Positions 59,007 through 64,000 of a stretch of 64,000 nt of DNA are shown here, in pieces. Position 1 is the first letter of the stretch. Every line of letters begins with the position of its first letter. This DNA comes from Dehalococcoidia bacterium (GTDB taxonomy: Bacteria > Chloroflexota > Dehalococcoidia > Bin125): the NCBI GenBank assembly GCA_963663235.2, contig CAXXNO010000004.1, positions 544,001 through 608,000 on the forward strand, in the 5' to 3' direction. A model generated the notes under the pieces. That model did not search any database, had not been told where the DNA came from, and saw only the letters and a program-made list of their open reading frames with translations. The translations under genes were made by a program, and so were the position numbers.

Positions 59007-60959
59007 CTAGATCCCTGCTCCGCTCTCTAGGCGTTCGGCCTCCTCGTCGCGCCCCGCCGCTCGGTAGGCGATCGCCAGGTTGTGCCGACTCGTGAGCGCG
59101 TCGGGATGCTCGGGGCCCAAGAGCCGCTCGCTGTCCCGCAGGGTGCGCTCGTGCAGAGCGATCGCTTCGGCGTGGCGGCCCGCGGCCCGGTACGCGTTGG
59201 CGAGGTTGTTGCGGCTTCTGAGGGTATCGGGGTGCTCGGGGTCCAGGATCCGCTCCATAGCCTCCAGGGTCTGCTCGTGCAGCCGGATCGCCTCCTCCAC
59301 GCGGCCCGCCGTCCCGTACGCGTTGGCCAGGTTGTTGCGGCTGCCGAGCGTATCGGGGCGGCTCGGGCCCCAGGAGCCGCTCGCGGGCCTCCAGGGTCTG
59401 CTCGTGCAGCGGGACCGCCTCTCCGGCCCGGCCCGCCTCCTGGTACGCGTTGGCGAGGTTGTTGCGACTCTTGAGGGTCTCGGGGTGCTCGGGGCCGAGG
59501 AGCCGTTCGCGGGCGGCGAGGGTCTGCTCGAAAAGCGGGATCGCATCGTCGGTCCGGCCAGCCTCCGCGTACGCGGCGGCGAGGTTGTTGCGGCTGCCGA
59601 GGGTGTCGGGGTGCTCGCGGCCGAGGATCCGTTCCAGAGTCTCGAGGGTCTGTTCGTTGAGCGGGATCGCCTCCGCGACGCGCCCCGCCTCCCGGTACGA
59701 ATCGGCAAGGTTGTTGCGGCTCCCGAGGGTGTCAGGGTGCTCGGGGCCGCGGAGCCGCTCCACGTCCAGGAGGGTTTGCTCGAACAGAGGGATCGCCTCG
59801 ATGAAACGGCCGAGCGTCCCATACGCGATAGCCAGATTGTTCGCGAACGTGGGAATCGCGCCTTCGTCCGGTGGCGACGCGGCGCGCGCCTGCTCCAGCA
59901 GCGCATCGTAATGAGCCATCTCCGCTCGCAGCGCTGGCGGGTCGCTCTCGTTGATGGCTGCGAGCCTTGGAAGGCCCCGCGCGAGCGCCGCCCGCGGCGA
60001 TCCGCGCCCCCGACGTTCGTGGCGCGGATCGCCGCGATGGTCAGCCCGTGGATCTCCATGAAGCCCTCGCTCGCCGCGACCAGCGACTGACTGGCGCACT
60101 CCTCTAGGAAGTCGGCGAAGCGGCCATCGTCCGCGTCGGCCAGCGCCATCGCCAGCGGCTTGGGAATGGGCGCGTCCGCCACGTAACCGAACGGCGCCAG
60201 CCGCCCGCGCGTCTCGCCGTCCAGCGAGTCCAGCGCCCCGCTCAACGTGGCGAGCACGCCCTCGGCTCCGTCGATTGTCGTCCCCGCGGCGCTCTGAAAC
60301 GCGTCCACTGAGGCCTGGTCTGGCGCGGACCGCAGCTCCTCCAACAGCGCGCGCGCCGTCTGTCCCTCCCTCGCCAACCGAATGGCGAGGATCTCTAGCG
60401 CCAGCGGGAGGTAGCCGACCTCTTGCGCAATCTCCGCCGCGACCGGCTCGTCCCGCTTGCAGCCGTCTCGCGAGCACAGAAGCGCCACGGCCGCTGCGGG
60501 CTCAAGCACGCCTACCTTCTTCAAGGTCGCTGTACCTGACAGCAGAGGCTTGCGCGAGTCCCTGGTCGTGACGAGAAGCCGTATTGGGCCGGCCGCCTCG
60601 TGTAAGGCAGTGAATTGATCGAGACTCGGTAGGTTGTCTACTGCCCACAGCGTCTTGTCCGGCAGGTCGGCGAGCCGCCGTCGGACGGCAGCCGCGATGT
60701 CGGCCTCGCTCAAGCCTTGCGTCGGTATGTCGAACGACGGCGCGAGAGCGATAAGCGTCTGTTGAACGTCCGCACCCGCAGGCGTCCAGAACCCGCGGGC
60801 CTTGGAGCGGTACGTGTGCTCCACGGCAAGCCGTGACTTCCCCGACCCGGCCCCGCCGGCAAGGATTACTGCCTTTTTCTTCTTGAACGCGCCTTTGATC
60901 TCCTTGAGGTCGTTCTTCCGTCCGACCAGTCCCTCCTCAAGCGACGGGGGCCGGCCCAT
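59007..60959 (-). CDS. NB-ARC/STAND-like NTPase with C-terminal 42-aa TPR repeats, two compensating frameshifts
   Basis: LVGR, GGAGSGKS, WAVDNL, LLVTTR, GYLPLAL. TPR units (HPDTL.SRNNLA.AY..AGR) are read partly in the 58969-60477 frame. True start may be further upstream. Confidence 0.8.
   Translation of the reverse strand: MGRPPSLEEGLVGRKNDLKEIKGAFKKKKAVILAGGAGSGKSRLAVEHTYRSKARGFWTPAGADVQQTLIALAPSFDIPTQGLSEADIAAAVRRRLADLPDKTLWAVDNLPSLDQFTALHEAAGPIRLLVTTRDSRKPLLSGTATLKKVGVLEPAAAVALLCSRDGCKRDEPVAAEIAQEVGYLPLALEILAIRLAREGQTARALLEELRSAPDQASVDAFQSAAGTTIDGAEGVLATLSGALDSLDGETRGRLAPFGYVADAPIPKPLAMALADADDGRFADFLEECASQSLVAASEGFMEIHGLTIAAIRATNVGGADRRGRRSRGAFQGSQPSTRATRQRCERRWLITMRCWSRRAPRRHRTKARFPRSRTIWLSRMGRSAVSSRRSLCSSKPSWTWSGSAAPSTLTPSGAATTLPIRTGRRGASRRRSRSTNRPSRLWNGSSAASTPTPSAAATTSPPRTRRLAGPTMRSRFSSRPSPPANGSSAPSTPRPSRVATTSPTRTRRRAGPERRSRCTSRPWRPASGSWGPSRPDTLGSRNNLANAYGTAGRVEEAIRLHEQTLEAMERILDPEHPDTLRSRNNLANAYRAAGRHAEAIALHERTLRDSERLLGPEHPDALTSRHNLAIAYRAAGRDEEAERLESGAGI
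59075..59845 (-). repeat. Seven 126-nt TPR-coding repeat units
   Basis: NNLA/HNLA anchors at 59079, 59205, 59331, 59458, 59584, 59710, 59836; spacing is 126 except one 127. Confidence 0.92.
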
Positions 60960-61190
60960 CCAATACGGGACGCCTTCAACATCATCTGATTCCTTGGATT
61001 TCCGCCAGAGATCACGGGCCCGGCGCGACCGCCCGCGTGGTGGACACCCAGGGCCGCTCCATCGTGGAGACTGCCTCCCACGATCAGGTCAGCAAGCATC
61101 AGCAGCGCATCCACGCCTTCGGGCCCGACCCCCACATCGAGCGCTGCAAGGGTTCGATGAGCGCCGTGGTCGAAGAGGCGCCCTAGGCGA

Positions 61191-61640
61191 CTAGTAGCCG
61201 CCCCGGCGTCGCAGCGTCACGATGTCGTACGCCACCACCACGGCCAGCAGGAACACGCAGAGGAAGACCAGCGCCAATAGCGCCTCGCCCCCGGCCCCGC
61301 CCACGTCCGCCCCCTCCCGCACGATCAACAACACCCCGCCAACGGCCACCACTGCCAGCGCCCGCCACCAGCGATGCAGGTACTCCGCCGCCAGCCCCGC
61401 CAGCATCCCCACCGCGGTCGCCCCCGACACCGTGATCAGCACGTGCACGTCCTCCGGGCGGTTCCAGCCCCCGCGCTGCGTGCCCGTGAGCGCGTCCACC
61501 GGCTCCGTGGACTCGCCGCCGCGCAGCGCCAGGAACGCCACCACGATCGCCATCCCCACCGCCCCGCCGATCAGCGGGCGCGCCAGCAGCCAGAACCGCC
61601 ACGTGGCCGCCGCCCGATCCCACCGCCGCAATCGCGTCAT
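61191..61640 (-). CDS. Hypothetical membrane protein (4 TM)
   Basis: Four hydrophobic segments; starts just after the upstream SDR stop. Confidence 0.7.
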   Translation of the reverse strand: MTRLRRWDRAAATWRFWLLARPLIGGAVGMAIVVAFLALRGGESTEPVDALTGTQRGGWNRPEDVHVLITVSGATAVGMLAGLAAEYLHRWWRALAVVAVGGVLLIVREGADVGGAGGEALLALVFLCVFLLAVVVAYDIVTLRRRGGY

Positions 61641-61653
61641 CTCGCGCCCCGCT

Positions 61654-62415
61654 CTAGATGTTCGAGCGGCTCTGCCCGCCGTCGACGTTGAGGCACGCGC
61701 CCGTCACCCACGACGCCTTCGACGAAGCCAGGAACGTCACCACGTTCGCCACCTCCTCCGGCCGCCCGAAGTGGCCGAAGGCGATCGTGTCCACGACCTC
61801 TCGCTGGATCGTCTCCGGGTCCTGCTCGTAGCGCTGCTGCCAGCGGCTTCCCGGCCACGCGATCGATCCCGGGGCCACCGCGTTGACCCGGATGTTGTCC
61901 TTCGCCAGCGTCAGCGCCATCGCCTTGGCGTGGCTGTGCATCGCCGCCTTCATCGCGTTGTACGGTGGCCGCCCGCCCGCCTCCCGGCCGAAGATCGACC
62001 CGATGTGCACGATCGACCCGCCACCCCGCTCGCGCATGTGCGGCACGGCCGCTCGCGTCGCCCGCACGGTGGCGAGCAGGTTGATGGTGAACATCTCCGA
62101 CCAGGCGTCGTCATCATCCCCGGGGAGCGATCCCCCCACGTTGTTCACCAGGATGTCCAGCCCGCCCAGCGCCTCGACCGTCCGCGCAACAACCCGCTCG
62201 ACGTCGTCCGCGCGGCCCAGGTCGGCGGCCACCGCTTCCACCCGTCCCGGTCCTGCGGCCTCGATCTCCGCGCGCGCCGCCTCCAAGGCATCCGGCCGGC
62301 GCGCGCAGATCGCCACGTCGGCCCCTTCCGCCGCCAACGCCAGCGCGCAGTGCTTCCCGATCCCCTCGGAGGCGCCCGTGATCAGCGCGACCTTGCCGCG
62401 CAACTCCAGGTCCAT
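61654..62415 (-). CDS. Short-chain dehydrogenase/reductase
   Basis: TGASEGIG, NNVG, YNAMK, NAVAPG, VDGG. Confidence 0.94.
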   Translation of the reverse strand: MDLELRGKVALITGASEGIGKHCALALAAEGADVAICARRPDALEAARAEIEAAGPGRVEAVAADLGRADDVERVVARTVEALGGLDILVNNVGGSLPGDDDDAWSEMFTINLLATVRATRAAVPHMRERGGGSIVHIGSIFGREAGGRPPYNAMKAAMHSHAKAMALTLAKDNIRVNAVAPGSIAWPGSRWQQRYEQDPETIQREVVDTIAFGHFGRPEEVANVVTFLASSKASWVTGACLNVDGGQSRSNI

Positions 62416-62459
62416 GGCGTCGGCCAGGATAGCAGCGCCTCGCGATAGAATCGCCATCG

Positions 62460-64000
62460 ATGATCGATTCAACGCCGCCCGCCGCGGAGCGATTGCAGAC
62501 CCTCGGGCGTCACTCGCGGCTGACGGCGCTCCAGGGGGGCGCGTTCGTCCGCGCGATGGCCCGGGAGGCGCTGCGACCGGGTCCGGGCGCGCAGCGCTCC
62601 GGCGCTATCCGCGTGGCGGGGCTGCACGCGCCCGTTGAGATCCTCCGCGACGAGTCCGGCGTGCCCCACTGCTTCGCCCGCAACGCGGACGACGCTCTCT
62701 TCGCGCTGGGCTTCGTGCACGTTCAGGACCGTTTCTGGCAGATGGAGTACTGCCGCCGCCTCGCCGCCGGGCGTATCGCCGAGGTGGTCGGCCCCAAGGG
62801 CCTCCCCGCCGACCGCTTCATGCGACACCTGGGGCTGCATCGTTCCGCCGCCGCGTCCTGGGCGGCGACGCCGGACCACATCCGGGACCGCATCCTCCCC
62901 TACCTCGAGGGGATCGGCGCCGCCATGGCTGCGACGCCGCTGCCGCTGGAGTTCCGCATCCTGGACTACGAGCCGGAGCCCTGGCGGCCGCAGGATTCGA
63001 CGGGCTGGGCCAAAGCGCTGGCCTTCTTCCTCTCGCCTGGATGGGACGCCCAGATCCTCCGCGCTCGGCTCGTGGAGGCCGTGGGCCTGGAGGCGCTGCT
63101 CGCCATCGACCGGGGCTACCCGCCCGACGGTCCCGTCATCGCGCCGCCGGGCGCTCCCTACGGCGCCCTGGGAAAAGAAGCGGAGACGGCTTTCCACGAC
63201 ATCGCCCGCCTGATCGGCGTGGGCGCCGGCGGCCACGGCAGCAACAACTGGGCGACGGCGGCCTCCCGCAGCGCCGGCGGTCACGCCCTCCTCGCCACCG
63301 ACCCGCACCTGGCCGCGACGCTGCCTTGCCCCACCTACTTCGCGCATCTTCACTGCCCGGAGTGGTCCGTGGCCGGCGCGACGGTCCCCGGGCTGCCTGG
63401 GGTGATCTGGGGCTTCAACCGCCGCATCGCCTGGGGCCCCACGGCCGGGCTGGCCGTCACGCAGGAGGTCTACGTCGAAGAGTTCGACGCCGCGGGCCGC
63501 CGCTACCGCACGCCCGACGGCTGGGCCGAGGCGGAGGTGGTGGAGGAGCGCATCGCGGTGCGGGGCTTCCCCGCCGAGTCGCATGCCGTGGTGATCACGC
63601 GCCACGGGCCGGTGATCTCGCCGCAGCTGCCCGGCGTGCGCCAGGCGCTGGCGCTGCGATCGACGGTGCTGGAGCCTTGGACCTCGGGCGAGGGACTGCT
63701 GGCCCTGTTCGATGCCGACGGCGTCGACGCTTTCCGCCGCGCCATCGCCGGCTTCCAGGAGTTCAACCTCTGCTTCGCCTACGCCGACGTCGACGGGCAC
63801 GTGGGCACGTACGTGAGCGGCGCCGTCCCGCGGCGGCGCCCGGGCGCCGGCTGGCTGCCCGCGCCCGGCTGGGACCCGGCCTTCGACTGGGACGGCTTCA
63901 TCCCCCACGACCAACTGCCGCACACCTTCGATCCTCCGGACGGCCGGGTCTGGAGCGCCAACAACGCGCCCCGTCCGGCCCCGGAGATGACCTATCGCGG
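62460..64000 (+). CDS. Penicillin acylase family Ntn-hydrolase (partial, runs off window end)
   Basis: Not in ORF track. VEILRDESGVPH, ALGFVHVQDRFWQME, GSNNW autocleavage site, DPHL, TRHGPV, WDG.IP. Confidence 0.93.
   Translation, partial: MIDSTPPAAERLQTLGRHSRLTALQGGAFVRAMAREALRPGPGAQRSGAIRVAGLHAPVEILRDESGVPHCFARNADDALFALGFVHVQDRFWQMEYCRRLAAGRIAEVVGPKGLPADRFMRHLGLHRSAAASWAATPDHIRDRILPYLEGIGAAMAATPLPLEFRILDYEPEPWRPQDSTGWAKALAFFLSPGWDAQILRARLVEAVGLEALLAIDRGYPPDGPVIAPPGAPYGALGKEAETAFHDIARLIGVGAGGHGSNNWATAASRSAGGHALLATDPHLAATLPCPTYFAHLHCPEWSVAGATVPGLPGVIWGFNRRIAWGPTAGLAVTQEVYVEEFDAAGRRYRTPDGWAEAEVVEERIAVRGFPAESHAVVITRHGPVISPQLPGVRQALALRSTVLEPWTSGEGLLALFDADGVDAFRRAIAGFQEFNLCFAYADVDGHVGTYVSGAVPRRRPGAGWLPAPGWDPAFDWDGFIPHDQLPHTFDPPDGRVWSANNAPRPAPEMTYR

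Noticed and set aside
57027-59845. 18-nt and 126-nt repeats as a possible CRISPR array or DGR template
   Set aside because: Tandem coding repeats without unique spacers; no cas or reverse transcriptase gene in the window.

Overview
A very GC-rich bacterial chromosomal window, densely packed with about 65 mostly housekeeping genes. Gene content suggests Chloroflexota, probably Dehalococcoidia (inference). It carries groES-groEL under a CIRCE element, tsaD, moaAC, rdgB, folC, fabF, thpR, a split transketolase, proBA, a type-2 ileS, murJ, rpsT, rimO, scpB, mtaB, a class-B PBP, a divergent hsp20 / dnaJ-hspR-clp heat-shock locus, a CysM-like synthase, rimI, a heterodimeric ABC exporter, ruvB-yqeK-hit, an acyl-CoA dehydrogenase with an SDR cluster, an NTPase-TPR gene and a penicillin-acylase-family gene. 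groEL and the acylase are cut by the window edges. I recognised no rRNA, tRNA, CRISPR array or mobile element. Main signals the ORF track misses: (1) a DsbA/FrnE-like selenoprotein, with in-frame TGA in a UxxC motif and a SECIS-like hairpin (39406-40050); (2) two small zinc-finger genes, each behind an extended -10 promoter and a structured leader ending in an intrinsic terminator (candidate undescribed attenuators or sRNAs); (3) an NTPase-TPR gene with two compensating frameshifts; (4) a degenerate SDR frameshifted next to an 18-nt tandem repeat; (5) an IleRS with the GxHH signature; (6) an unannotated 58-aa membrane protein; (7) repeated leaderless-transcript architecture. All calls come from reading the sequence; no database searches were run.
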